A DNA stretch of 26,838 nt from Polyangiales bacterium (GTDB lineage: Bacteria; Myxococcota_A; Polyangia; Polyangiales; Polyangiaceae), in the NCBI GenBank assembly GCA_038231275.1, contig JBBRLQ010000058.1, forward strand, positions 1 to 26,838, written 5' to 3'. The notes beneath the pieces were generated by a model that worked only from the letters and a program-made list of their open reading frames with translations, did no database searches and was not told the DNA's origin. A program made the position numbers and the translations under genes. Shown here piece by piece: positions 9,024 to 17,608 of this stretch (the first letter of the stretch is position 1; every line of letters starts with the position of its first letter).

Positions 9024-10022
9024 ATGAGCGATGTAGCGGCGGTGACGGGGGCGACGGGCTTCATCGGCAGTGCGGTCGTGCGGAAGCTCCTCGCGCAGGG
9101 GCGCGCAGTGCGGGCGCTGGTCGAGCCCGGCGCGAACGCGAAGAACCTGGAGGGTCTGAACGTCGAGCGCATCGCGTGCGACGTGACGGACGCGCCGCGC
9201 CTGAAGATCGCGCTCGCCGGGTGCGCGTCGCTCTATCACCTCGCGGCGATCTACAAGACGTGGCTACCCGATCCCGAGATCATTTACCGCGTGAACGTCG
9301 AAGGGACGGCGAGCGTGCTCCTCGCGGCGATGGACGCGAAGGTGAAGCGCGTCGTCTACACGAGCTCGATCGCGGCGATCGGCGTCAACCCGGACGGAGG
9401 GGAGGCGGATGAATCGACGCGCTTCAACCTCTTCGACGTCGCGATGCCGTACATCATGACCAAGTGGCAGAGCGAGCGGATCGCGATGCGCTTCGCGGCG
9501 GGCGGCGCGCCGGTCGTCGTCGTGAACCCCGCGTTCCCGTTCGGTCCAGGTGACATCGCGCCGACGCCCACCGGCGGAATCATCCGCTCTCTCCTCGACG
9601 GCAAGATGCCCGGCGTAAGCCCGGGAGGATTTTGCGTCATCGACGTCGACGATTGCGCAGAAGGACACCTGCTCGCCGAGGAGAAGGGGCGCGTCGGCGA
9701 GCGGTACATCCTCGGCAACCACAACGTCACGTGGAAGGAGTTCTTCGCCACGGTCGGGCGCGTCGCGGGCGTGCAGGTGCCCAAGCTGACCTTGCCGAAG
9801 GGCGTGAGCGCGACGCTCGCCGCGGGAATGGAGTGGTGGAGCGACAACGTCAGCCACGCCGAGCCACTCGCGACGTACAAGAGCGTGCGCTACGCGCAGA
9901 AGGATTCGTTCTTCTCGAACGCGAAGGCGCGACGCGAGCTCGGCCTACCCACCCGTCCGCTCGACGACACTGTCCGGCGGGCCGTCGACTGGTTCCGCGA
10001 TCACGACGTCGCGCGAGGATAG
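9024..10022 (+). CDS. NAD-dependent epimerase/dehydratase, HpnA/dihydroflavonol-reductase-like extended SDR
   Basis: VTGATGFIG, HLAA, NVEGT, YTSS, YxxxK (YIMTK), VNP..PFGPGD..PTPTG, DVDDCAEGH, GERYIL. Confidence 0.93.
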   Translation: MSDVAAVTGATGFIGSAVVRKLLAQGRAVRALVEPGANAKNLEGLNVERIACDVTDAPRLKIALAGCASLYHLAAIYKTWLPDPEIIYRVNVEGTASVLLAAMDAKVKRVVYTSSIAAIGVNPDGGEADESTRFNLFDVAMPYIMTKWQSERIAMRFAAGGAPVVVVNPAFPFGPGDIAPTPTGGIIRSLLDGKMPGVSPGGFCVIDVDDCAEGHLLAEEKGRVGERYILGNHNVTWKEFFATVGRVAGVQVPKLTLPKGVSATLAAGMEWWSDNVSHAEPLATYKSVRYAQKDSFFSNAKARRELGLPTRPLDDTVRRAVDWFRDHDVARG

Positions 10023-10177
10023 GCGCTCGGGGCTCCAGATCCCCTTTGCGTCGGGCACGTAGATGCAGCGCTCCGTCGAAGGGATCGGCTCGGGATCGCT
10101 CTTCGGCGGGGCTTCGGTGTCGTTGCGGTCCATCGTCAAAGGGATCTACGCGCAGGAGGTGCGAACGGTTCCCCTGT

Positions 10178-10924
10178 TCAGCGCTTCTTCTTGATGGCTT
10201 TCTTGATGGCCTTCTTGACGGCCTTCTTGATGACCTTCTTCGGCGCCGTCTTCTTCGCGGGCTTGGCGGCCTTCTTCGGGGCGGCCTTGGCGACCTTTGC
10301 CGGCTTCTTGGCCGCCTTTTTGGGCGACGCCTTCGCGACCTTCTTCGCAGGCTTTTTCGCGGCTGTCGCCGTGAGAACGGCAGCCTTGACCGCCTTCGCG
10401 ACCTTGGCGGCGGCCTTCGCGACCTTGGCGACCGCCTTCGCGACCTTCTTGACGCCCTTCGGGCCCTTCGCGGCCTTGGCCGCGCCGCCGACGCCGTTCA
10501 TCACGGGCCGGGAGATCCCCTCGCGCTGCGCCGCGCGTGACTCGAGCGCGGTCTTGACCTTTGCGTCGAGCTCGTCAAATTCGAAGGGCTTGTCGATGTA
10601 CGCGTCCGCGCCGTAGAGCGGGCTCGTCATCATGTTCAGGTTCTCGCCAATGCCCGTGAGCATGACGACGCCGGTGTGGGCGAGCGCCACGTCCTCGCGG
10701 ATCTTGCGGCAGACTTCCCAGCCGCTCATCCCCGGCATCATGACGTCGAGGACGACGAGATCGGGCAGGTGCTCACGCGCGAGCCGCCATGCCGCCTCGC
10801 CGTCCGAGGCCTCGATGACCTCGAGCTTCGGGTCTTCCATCGTCTTGAGGTGGCGCGCCACGAGCTCGAGCATCGAGGGCTCATCGTCGGCGACGAGGAC
10901 GAGAGGCGTTTGGCTGATCGGCAT
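10178..10924 (-). CDS. Response regulator receiver domain fused to a Lys/Ala/Pro-rich histone-H1-like tail
   Basis: ADDE, LDVMMPGMSG (phosphoacceptor Asp), MLT, GADAYIDKPF, then about 100 aa of AKKPAKK-type repeats with no acidic residues. Confidence 0.92.
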   Translation of the reverse strand: MPISQTPLVLVADDEPSMLELVARHLKTMEDPKLEVIEASDGEAAWRLAREHLPDLVVLDVMMPGMSGWEVCRKIREDVALAHTGVVMLTGIGENLNMMTSPLYGADAYIDKPFEFDELDAKVKTALESRAAQREGISRPVMNGVGGAAKAAKGPKGVKKVAKAVAKVAKAAAKVAKAVKAAVLTATAAKKPAKKVAKASPKKAAKKPAKVAKAAPKKAAKPAKKTAPKKVIKKAVKKAIKKAIKKKR

Positions 10925-11068
10925 GGGCGCAATCTTTGAGGAACCCGGCTCCCGGGGTCAAGGACTCAGATTTTCGCGCGGGCGAAATCTGAGCAAAACG
11001 ACCGAGCGGCGTCATTCGTCCTTGAATTTTGTGGGCACCCGCGTCGAAAAAGACGATCACGTCGCCTC

Positions 11069-11275
11069 TCAGCGACCGCCGTGCGCCGCGGGCTTGAACG
11101 GCGGAGCCTCGACGCGCGACGGGCGCTCGGCGGCGCGCTCGGTGCGGCTGGCGCTCTCCACGCCGAAGCCGACGAGAGCGCGGGCCCCCTGGGGACCGGT
11201 CGAAGCGCAGCCGCCGAGGGCGCAGGCAACGAGGGACGAGAGGACGACGACGACGAGCTTGGTGTTGTTGTTCAT
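11069..11275 (-). CDS. Small putative lipoprotein (68 aa)
   Basis: AGGAG SD; MNNNTK, hydrophobic stretch, then LGGC lipobox. Confidence 0.65.
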   Translation of the reverse strand: MNNNTKLVVVVLSSLVACALGGCASTGPQGARALVGFGVESASRTERAAERPSRVEAPPFKPAAHGGR

Positions 11276-11493
11276 TGGGGTTTCTCCTGTAAGGGCGGCG
11301 TCAATTCGCCGCGTTCACCCCCCAATCGGCATCGGCGAGTAGACGTTGCTACGAAAGTGCTGGGGCCTAGTCGATTTGCGCGAACGCCCAATAGGGCCTC
11401 GAATTTGTGCCTCGGTGTGCCGTCGGACCGTCGCGAGGCCGCGTAGTTTCGTAAGGTTGCGTCCGGCACGAGACTTGGATGAGTCTGGTCCGG

Positions 11494-12186
11494 ATGACCA
11501 AGACGAAGCGCGTCAAGCTCCGAGCCCCATTCGTGACGACCTTCGCCGCCGCCGCCGCCGTCGTGGCGTGTGGCGGGCACGTCGCAGGCTCGTCGTCGGG
11601 GAGCACCTCGTCGTCGGGGAGCGGTCCGACGCAGGATTGTCCGGCCGTGGCGCCCGCAGCCGGCGACGTGTGCAATGTGGCCGCCGACAAGTTCTGCTCC
11701 TTCGGCGGCACGGGATGCGCGACGACGGCATATCAATGCGTCCAAGGACGCTTCGTCGAGCTCCAGAGCAGCTGCAATCCTCCTCCGTCCGGGTGTCCGA
11801 CGACGGAGCCGCTCAGCGGAAGCGCCTGCTTCGGCAGCGGTTCGGTTTGTTCCTACCCCGACGCGTGCACCGGGATGGAGCGGGACACCGCCACCTGCTC
11901 CGGCGGAACGTGGAGCATCGCCTCAGCGAGCTACGTGGCCGCGTGCCCCGCGGTGATGCCGCAGGAGGGCACTTCATGTGCGGCGTGCGCGACTCATTAT
12001 CCGAGCTCGTGCGGGTATAACGCCACGTGCGTCGGCTCGCCCGCTTCGTTCACCGCGCGGTGCGACGTCACGACGGGGCTCTGGCAGATCTCGAGCTGGT
12101 CCTGCAACCCGCCGCCGGACGCGGGCCCGATCCTCAACGATGGTGGCACCGAAGGCGGTGCCACGGACGCGTCCACCAACGGCTGA
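11494..12186 (+). CDS. Cys-rich lipoprotein with three CPxxxPxxGxxC repeats
   Basis: Basic N-terminus, hydrophobic stretch, VVAC lipobox, Ser/Gly linker, three repeats with 18 Cys in total, SCNPPP twice. Alternative start at 11479. Confidence 0.85.
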   Translation: MTKTKRVKLRAPFVTTFAAAAAVVACGGHVAGSSSGSTSSSGSGPTQDCPAVAPAAGDVCNVAADKFCSFGGTGCATTAYQCVQGRFVELQSSCNPPPSGCPTTEPLSGSACFGSGSVCSYPDACTGMERDTATCSGGTWSIASASYVAACPAVMPQEGTSCAACATHYPSSCGYNATCVGSPASFTARCDVTTGLWQISSWSCNPPPDAGPILNDGGTEGGATDASTNG

Positions 12187-12233
12187 AGCCGCGGCGACCT
12201 CTTGGCGCTACGCTCGGCACGACGGAACGCGGG

Positions 12234-12965
12234 ATGACGAAGCGGAGAACGAAAAAGACGAACGCCTCGCCGCTCGTCCAGCGCGAGTGGCTGCGTCGCG
12301 TCGAGGCCGAGTACCGCTCGGCGGCGATCGCCCACCACGTGACGCACTGGCTGATGCAGATCGGAGCGTCGCCGGATCTCGTTCGCGCGGGCCTGCGCGT
12401 CGTCGGCGACGAGATCGCGCACGCGGAGCTGTCGCATCGCGCGTTCGTCGCCGCGGGGGGTGCGGGCGGCCCCGCCCTCGCGCGCGAGACGTTGGAGCTG
12501 AGGCGAACGCCGAACGAGCCGCTCGAGCACGACGTCGCGCGCGCCGCGGCCGACGTGTTCTGCCTCGGCGAGACGGTGGCGGTGCCGCTCTTCAAGCAGC
12601 TCCGCGACGGTTGCACGGTGCCCGCCGCGCGACGCGTTCTCGATCGCGTCTTGCGTGACGAGGTGCGCCACCGCGACTTCGGGTGGACGCTGCTCGGGTG
12701 GATGCTGGAGGAGCTCCCGATGCGGACGGCGCTCCTTGCGCTCATCACCCGGGAGCTCCCTCGCTATTTTCGCCGCATGCGAAATGCCTACGGGGCCACG
12801 CCCGCCCGCGAAGAACTGGACGACGCAGACCGCGCCTGGGGGCTCATGCCGGGCGCGTCGTACGCGCGTGTTCTCGAGCGTACGGTCGCGCGCGATTGGG
12901 CGCCGCGCTTCGCGCGTTTGGGGATCGACGCGCAGAGCGCCTGGGCTCTTTCCGAGTCCCTCTAA
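12234..12965 (+). CDS. Ferritin-like (four-helix diiron) domain protein
   Basis: Complete E / DExxH / E / DExxH ligand pattern: EAEYRSA, DEIAH, LGETVA, DEVRH. No signal peptide. Start taken at ATG 12234. Confidence 0.88.
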   Translation: MTKRRTKKTNASPLVQREWLRRVEAEYRSAAIAHHVTHWLMQIGASPDLVRAGLRVVGDEIAHAELSHRAFVAAGGAGGPALARETLELRRTPNEPLEHDVARAAADVFCLGETVAVPLFKQLRDGCTVPAARRVLDRVLRDEVRHRDFGWTLLGWMLEELPMRTALLALITRELPRYFRRMRNAYGATPAREELDDADRAWGLMPGASYARVLERTVARDWAPRFARLGIDAQSAWALSESL

Positions 12966-13117
12966 AGCTTGGTCGCCGTCGGGAGAGGCGCTCTCGAGAC
13001 CGGCCCGCTCACGCGGCACATAAGTGGCACAACGCCGGACGCCACGGCCACCCTCGACAGGCCGACCGCGACTTAACCGCACGGATCAGGCGTACGGCAC
13101 GGCGTTCGCTTTAGGGC

Positions 13118-13831
13118 ATGTTCATGGTCCTCACGCCGCTCATGAGTCCTCTCGTCGTCGCCTTCGTCGCCTTCACGGCCATGCATTGTGGTGGCAAGAG
13201 CATCGGCGATCCCGGTACGGGGGAAGGGTCGAATCCAAACGATTCGGCGGGATCGAGCGGCGCCGGGACGGGATCGAGCGGCACGGGAACCGGCACCGGT
13301 GGAACGGGCAGGCCGAAGGGGGTGCCGCTGAAGCACCGCGCGACTGCGCAAGAGTGCCCGCGCGACCGAGCGCCGGGCGGCTCGCCGTTTGATTCAGGGG
13401 TGGGCGGGCCGCCAGGCGGCTGCCAAAAAGACTCCGAGTGCACGGCCGGCGAAAACGCGCGGTGCGATTACCCGGCGGAGAATCTCCACTCGGGGTTCCG
13501 GTGCAGTGCCGACGCGTGCTTCACGGACTCCGAATGCCCCGGAAGCGCAGCGTGCATCTGCGGCGGACAAGGGGGTGTCACGCGCGCGGCGCACGCGTGC
13601 GTGCCGGGCAACTGCCGCGTGGACGCCGACTGCGGATCGGGCGGCTACTGCTCACCCTCCGGAGGCATCTGTCCGGGTGAGGCCGCCTCGTACCGCTGCC
13701 ACACCGCGAACGACGAATGCACCAACGACTCGGACTGCAACGCGGACGCAAGAGGAAAAGGATCCTGCGAATGGCAGGCGACGGTCGGGCACTGGATGTG
13801 CTCGTACAGTCACTCCTGTCCCGTCGGCTGA
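13118..13831 (+). CDS. Cys-rich lipoprotein with four CxxDx(D/E)C repeats
   Basis: Hydrophobic N-terminus, AMHC lipobox-like site, Gly/Thr/Ser linker, 20 further Cys: CQKDSEC, CFTDSEC, CRVDADC, CTNDSDC. Start may be 13124 or 13142. Confidence 0.85.
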   Translation: MFMVLTPLMSPLVVAFVAFTAMHCGGKSIGDPGTGEGSNPNDSAGSSGAGTGSSGTGTGTGGTGRPKGVPLKHRATAQECPRDRAPGGSPFDSGVGGPPGGCQKDSECTAGENARCDYPAENLHSGFRCSADACFTDSECPGSAACICGGQGGVTRAAHACVPGNCRVDADCGSGGYCSPSGGICPGEAASYRCHTANDECTNDSDCNADARGKGSCEWQATVGHWMCSYSHSCPVG

Positions 13832-13837
13832 GGCCGT

Positions 13838-14272
13838 CTACGGCGCCGGTTCGTCCTTGAACTTCGTGGCTACTTGCGACGTCGTCTCGACGAGCGCGCG
13901 CGACGACTGCACGTACTTTACGATCGTGGGCATGTGTCCTTTGGTGAGCTTGAGCTTGCCCTGCATCATGCCCTTGATGGGATCGAGCTCCTTCTTGATG
14001 ACGCTCTTCCAGCGGGCATAGTCGGCGACGATGATGAACGCCGCCTCCTGCGCCTGGGCCGCGGGCATCAAGGTACAGCTGCGGCATTCGCCGGCGTTCA
14101 CGTCGAGCCAGAGGGCCGTGTCCTCGGCGATGCCCAGGGTGGGCTCGGCCTTGACGACCATCGCAACGACGCCGTGCGTCCAGTCTTTTCCAGCCGTCTT
14201 GTAAGCGGGGTTGGCGTTGAGCGCGTCTTTGTACGCGGTGGCCCACTCCGGCGATGGAAAGAGGAACGACAT
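13838..14272 (-). CDS. SCP2 sterol/lipid-binding domain protein
   Basis: FPSPEWA.AY...LNANPAY...GKDW and ADYARWKSVIKKELDPIKGMMQGKLKL (SCP2 signature). AAGGAG SD before ATG 14272. Confidence 0.88.
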   Translation of the reverse strand: MSFLFPSPEWATAYKDALNANPAYKTAGKDWTHGVVAMVVKAEPTLGIAEDTALWLDVNAGECRSCTLMPAAQAQEAAFIIVADYARWKSVIKKELDPIKGMMQGKLKLTKGHMPTIVKYVQSSRALVETTSQVATKFKDEPAP

Positions 14273-14324
14273 CTGGAATTTCTCCTTTGCGCAAAGACCC
14301 ATTAGCACGGAAACTCGAGGAACC

Positions 14325-15656
14325 GTGCCCAAGCCGAGAGTCCATGCCCGTGGGAACAAGCGCCTCGACGGCGTCCTCGACTTCGTGGCGTTCGCGGCCC
14401 GGCCGATGCCGCTGGTCACGTTGCTCGACGAAGCGCCGCGTCGCATCGCGGCGATCTTCGACGCGGACGTGTGCTCGCTCTACCTCCTCGAGGGGGAAGG
14501 GAACGAGCTCGTCATGCGCGGCAACGTCGGCTTCCCGCACAAGGCGATCGGGCAGGTCCGGCTCCAGGTCGGGCACGGCATCACCGGTGAGGCGGTCGAG
14601 TACTTGCGCCCCGTGTCGGTCGATCAAGCGGAGACGCACGAGGCGTACAAGCACTTCGACGGGCTCGGGGAGGAGAAGTACCCAGTCTTCCTCGCGGTGC
14701 CGATCCGCGGGAAATCCGGGCCGCTCGGCGCGCTCGTCATCCAGCGCGCGAAGGATGCGTTCGAGGATCGCGACGTCGAGCTGCTCGCGTCCCTGGGCGC
14801 GCTCATCGCCGCGGGCATTCGTCATGCGGAGCTGATCGACGCAAAACGCGAGCGTGGCGATCAGAGACGCGCCGGCGGGGGAACACGAAAGGTCACGCTG
14901 CCGGGCACCCCGCTCGTCGTGGGCCGTTCGCTCGGCGCGCTCGCGGCGATCCGCAGACCGTCGGCGCGACCGAGCGAGCGCGCGATGGCACCCGGCGGTC
15001 CGACCGAAGGCGAGGCGCGCCTCCTCAAGGGCGCGTTCGACGTCGCGGACAAAGCGATACGCGGCATCGCGGCGCGCGCGCAGAAGCTGGAGCTGGGACG
15101 CGAAGCGGCGTTCTTGTCGACCTACGTGGAGATCCTCGGCGATCAACGCTTCCGAGAGCGCGCGATGGCACTCGTGGGCGAGGGGGGCGGCGTCGCGCAG
15201 GCGCTTGGTCGAGTCGCCCGTGAGGTGACGCGCACCGCCGCGTCGATCACGCGTGACGCGTTCCTCGAAGAGCGCGCGCGCGACGTGGAGGATCTCTGCG
15301 ACGCGCTCACGATGCTCGCCGCCGCCGACAAGCGCGCGGAGCTTCCCCAGAAGGCGATCCTCGTCGGGGACGGCCTCAGCGTCTTCGATCTCCTGATCTC
15401 GGCGCGGGCGCACCCTGTAGGTGTCGCCCTCAGCGATCGCGCGACGGGTCCTCGCACGCGGACGCTCCTGCACCTCCTCGCCGTACCGTCGATCGTCGGC
15501 GTCCAGGGGCTTTTTCGCTGGGCGGCCGACGGAGACATCGCGCTGCTCGACGCCGATCACGGCCTCCTCGTCATCAACCCCACGAAGAGCGAGATCGCGA
15601 GCATGCGCGAATACAAGAAGACGCGCTCCGAGGACTCGCAGGGCGAAGAAGAATGA
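14325..15656 (+). CDS. GAF + PTS enzyme I N-terminal/mobile-domain protein (truncated PtsP-like; no PEP-binding domain)
   Basis: PtsP-type GAF (ADVCSLYL, VRLQVGHGITG, FLAVPI, GALVIQ), EI helical domain (YVEILGD, FLEERARDVEDL) and swivel domain (VPSIVGV...GDIALLDADHGLLVINP), then a stop. GAGGA SD before GTG 14325. Confidence 0.85.
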   Translation: MPKPRVHARGNKRLDGVLDFVAFAARPMPLVTLLDEAPRRIAAIFDADVCSLYLLEGEGNELVMRGNVGFPHKAIGQVRLQVGHGITGEAVEYLRPVSVDQAETHEAYKHFDGLGEEKYPVFLAVPIRGKSGPLGALVIQRAKDAFEDRDVELLASLGALIAAGIRHAELIDAKRERGDQRRAGGGTRKVTLPGTPLVVGRSLGALAAIRRPSARPSERAMAPGGPTEGEARLLKGAFDVADKAIRGIAARAQKLELGREAAFLSTYVEILGDQRFRERAMALVGEGGGVAQALGRVAREVTRTAASITRDAFLEERARDVEDLCDALTMLAAADKRAELPQKAILVGDGLSVFDLLISARAHPVGVALSDRATGPRTRTLLHLLAVPSIVGVQGLFRWAADGDIALLDADHGLLVINPTKSEIASMREYKKTRSEDSQGEEE

Positions 15657-15708
15657 GCCCGTCACCCAAGCTCGTGCATCGCGAGGGTGTCTCCATCGTG
15701 TGCTCCCC

Positions 15709-16332
15709 ATGACCGCCTCGAAGGACCCGGCGCCCGAAGGTCTCCACGATCTCGGCGCGGACGCGGACGGCGACCGGATCTCGATCACCGACGTGAACGG
15801 CACCGTCGCACGCTTCGAGATGGCGTACACGCCGGCGATCGGCGAGCGGATTTTCTTCGGGCCGCCGACGAGCGCCAAGATCCCCGGCTTCGTCTTCCTC
15901 GCGTTCGCGCTGGTGCTGGTGATGCTCGAGGTGCTGGCCTATTCGGGCTCGAGCAACTCGCGCCTCTACGTATGGCTGGTCGAAGGAGATCGCGGCCGCC
16001 CGTTGCCGTCGGTCGTGCTCGCCATCATCGTGCTCGTCAGCGCGCTCGGCACCGTCGTGCGCGCGCACCTTCGCGGCGTCGTCGTGCGCGCGGAGGGGCT
16101 CGAGGCGCGGTACCTCATCGCGCTCGCGTTCCCGCGGATTCGCACGTGGGCGTGGGCGCAAGTGCACCGCGTCATCGTGGACGAGAAGACCGTGATGCTC
16201 GAGCTCTGGGACGGTTCGTACGAGAAGCTCCCGCCGGTCGCCGCGCCGGTCAAGATGCGCGATATGCTGATCGCCGTGTGCGCCGGCCGAAAAATCCCGG
16301 TGACGCAGCTCGGCGCTGTACGCGCTACGTGA
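15709..16332 (+). CDS. Two-TM membrane protein with a C-terminal PH-like domain
   Basis: Two hydrophobic helices, then GVVVRAEGLEAR...RTWAWAQVHRV...LELWDG, typical of bacterial PH-like domains. Confidence 0.7.
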   Translation: MTASKDPAPEGLHDLGADADGDRISITDVNGTVARFEMAYTPAIGERIFFGPPTSAKIPGFVFLAFALVLVMLEVLAYSGSSNSRLYVWLVEGDRGRPLPSVVLAIIVLVSALGTVVRAHLRGVVVRAEGLEARYLIALAFPRIRTWAWAQVHRVIVDEKTVMLELWDGSYEKLPPVAAPVKMRDMLIAVCAGRKIPVTQLGAVRAT

Positions 16333-16351
16333 GCGCTGCTCCGCTAAGGGT

Positions 16352-17527
16352 TCAGCGCGCAGCCCACTCCGTGCGCACCGCCTGACGAAGGTCCGGCGAG
16401 CCGAGCAGCTCGATCGCCGTCTTCGCCATCGCCTTCGCGGCGGCGAGCGCGGTGGTCGTGCCCTGATCGCTCCCCGCCGCGGCGGCGAACCGATGCTCGT
16501 GGCAGAGCGCCTCCCCCTCTCCGACGATGGCGAGGTACGGATGAATCGACGGGACGACGTGCGAGACGTCGCCCATGTCGGTGCTTCCAGCGCCCGCGCG
16601 CGCGTCGGTCTCCTTCGCCTGGCGGCCGCCGGCGGCGAGGTGCACGCCGAAGACGCGAGCGAGCGTGAGGTTATTTCGCATGTCCTTGTAGCCCTGGCGT
16701 GCGCTGATCGAGACCTCGACGCCGCTCGCCATCGCGGCCGCGCGACCGCATCGCTCCACGATGGCGCGAACGCGCGCGAGCTCGTCGACGTCGCGCGCGC
16801 GGACGCTGATCTCGCACCCGGCGGACTCGGGGATGATGTTCACCGCTTGTCCGCCGTTGGTGATGAAGCCGTGCACGCGCACGCCGTCCTTGAAGTGGAC
16901 GCGCTGGCCGTCGACGAGGCGGAACGTGTCCATGCACGCCGTGAGCGCGCTCGCGCCGATGTGCGGCGCGGCGGCGGCGTGCGACGGGGTGCCCTTGAAG
17001 TCGAAGAGCAGCCACGTGTTCGCGAGCGCCGGGTGCGCAAGGATGTCGCGATCGAACGGGTGGAACATGATCGCCGCGTCGAGCCCCTCGAACGCGCCGG
17101 CCTCGATCAGCTTGATTTTCCCGCCTCCGCCCTCTTCGGCGGGCGTCCCGAGGAGCACGACCTCTCCACCCGTGCGCTCGGCGACGCGCGCCGCCGCGAG
17201 GAAGGCTCCGACCGCGCCGGTCGCGATCAAATTGTGCCCGCACGCGTGCCCGATCTCCGGGAGCGCGTCGTACTCCGCGAGGATCGCGACGCGCGGACCA
17301 CCTGCCTTGCCGGCGCGCGCGCGAAACGACGTAGGCATCCCGGCGAGCCCCTTCTCGACGGTGATCTTGCGCGACGCGACGAGCTCGCAGATCCACGCGG
17401 CGGCCTTCGTCTCCTCGAAGCGCAGCTCGGGGTTCTGGTGGATGTTCGTGGAGAGGGTGACGAGGTCTTTGGCGTCGGCGACCACGGCCTCGTCGATCGC
17501 CGCGCTGAGCTCTTTCGGGAGGGACAT
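16352..17527 (-). CDS. M20 family amidohydrolase (AbgB/ACY1L2-like)
   Basis: HQNPELRFEE, AEYDALP, GHACGHN, GTPAEEGGGGK, FHP, GSTDMGDVS. GAAGGTGG SD before ATG 17527; the ORF-track extension to 18598 is spurious. Confidence 0.94.
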   Translation of the reverse strand: MSLPKELSAAIDEAVVADAKDLVTLSTNIHQNPELRFEETKAAAWICELVASRKITVEKGLAGMPTSFRARAGKAGGPRVAILAEYDALPEIGHACGHNLIATGAVGAFLAAARVAERTGGEVVLLGTPAEEGGGGKIKLIEAGAFEGLDAAIMFHPFDRDILAHPALANTWLLFDFKGTPSHAAAAPHIGASALTACMDTFRLVDGQRVHFKDGVRVHGFITNGGQAVNIIPESAGCEISVRARDVDELARVRAIVERCGRAAAMASGVEVSISARQGYKDMRNNLTLARVFGVHLAAGGRQAKETDARAGAGSTDMGDVSHVVPSIHPYLAIVGEGEALCHEHRFAAAAGSDQGTTTALAAAKAMAKTAIELLGSPDLRQAVRTEWAAR

Positions 17528-17608
17528 ACGACCACCTTCGACCATGGGCGGCGCCTCGTCAACGCGCGTAAGTCTCGGGCAGCGCCGCCGTGGTAGGCTT
17601 TCGCCGAC

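Noticed and set aside
9945..10139. 64-aa minus-strand ORF between the epimerase and response regulator
   Set aside because: Overlaps the epimerase 3' end by 78 nt, has no SD and no recognisable domain. A small protein cannot be excluded.
7760..14272. Sterol or hopanoid pathway cluster (acyl-CoA dehydrogenase, HpnA-like SDR, SCP2)
   Set aside because: The genes are scattered, in different orientations, and no cyclase or other pathway-defining gene is present.
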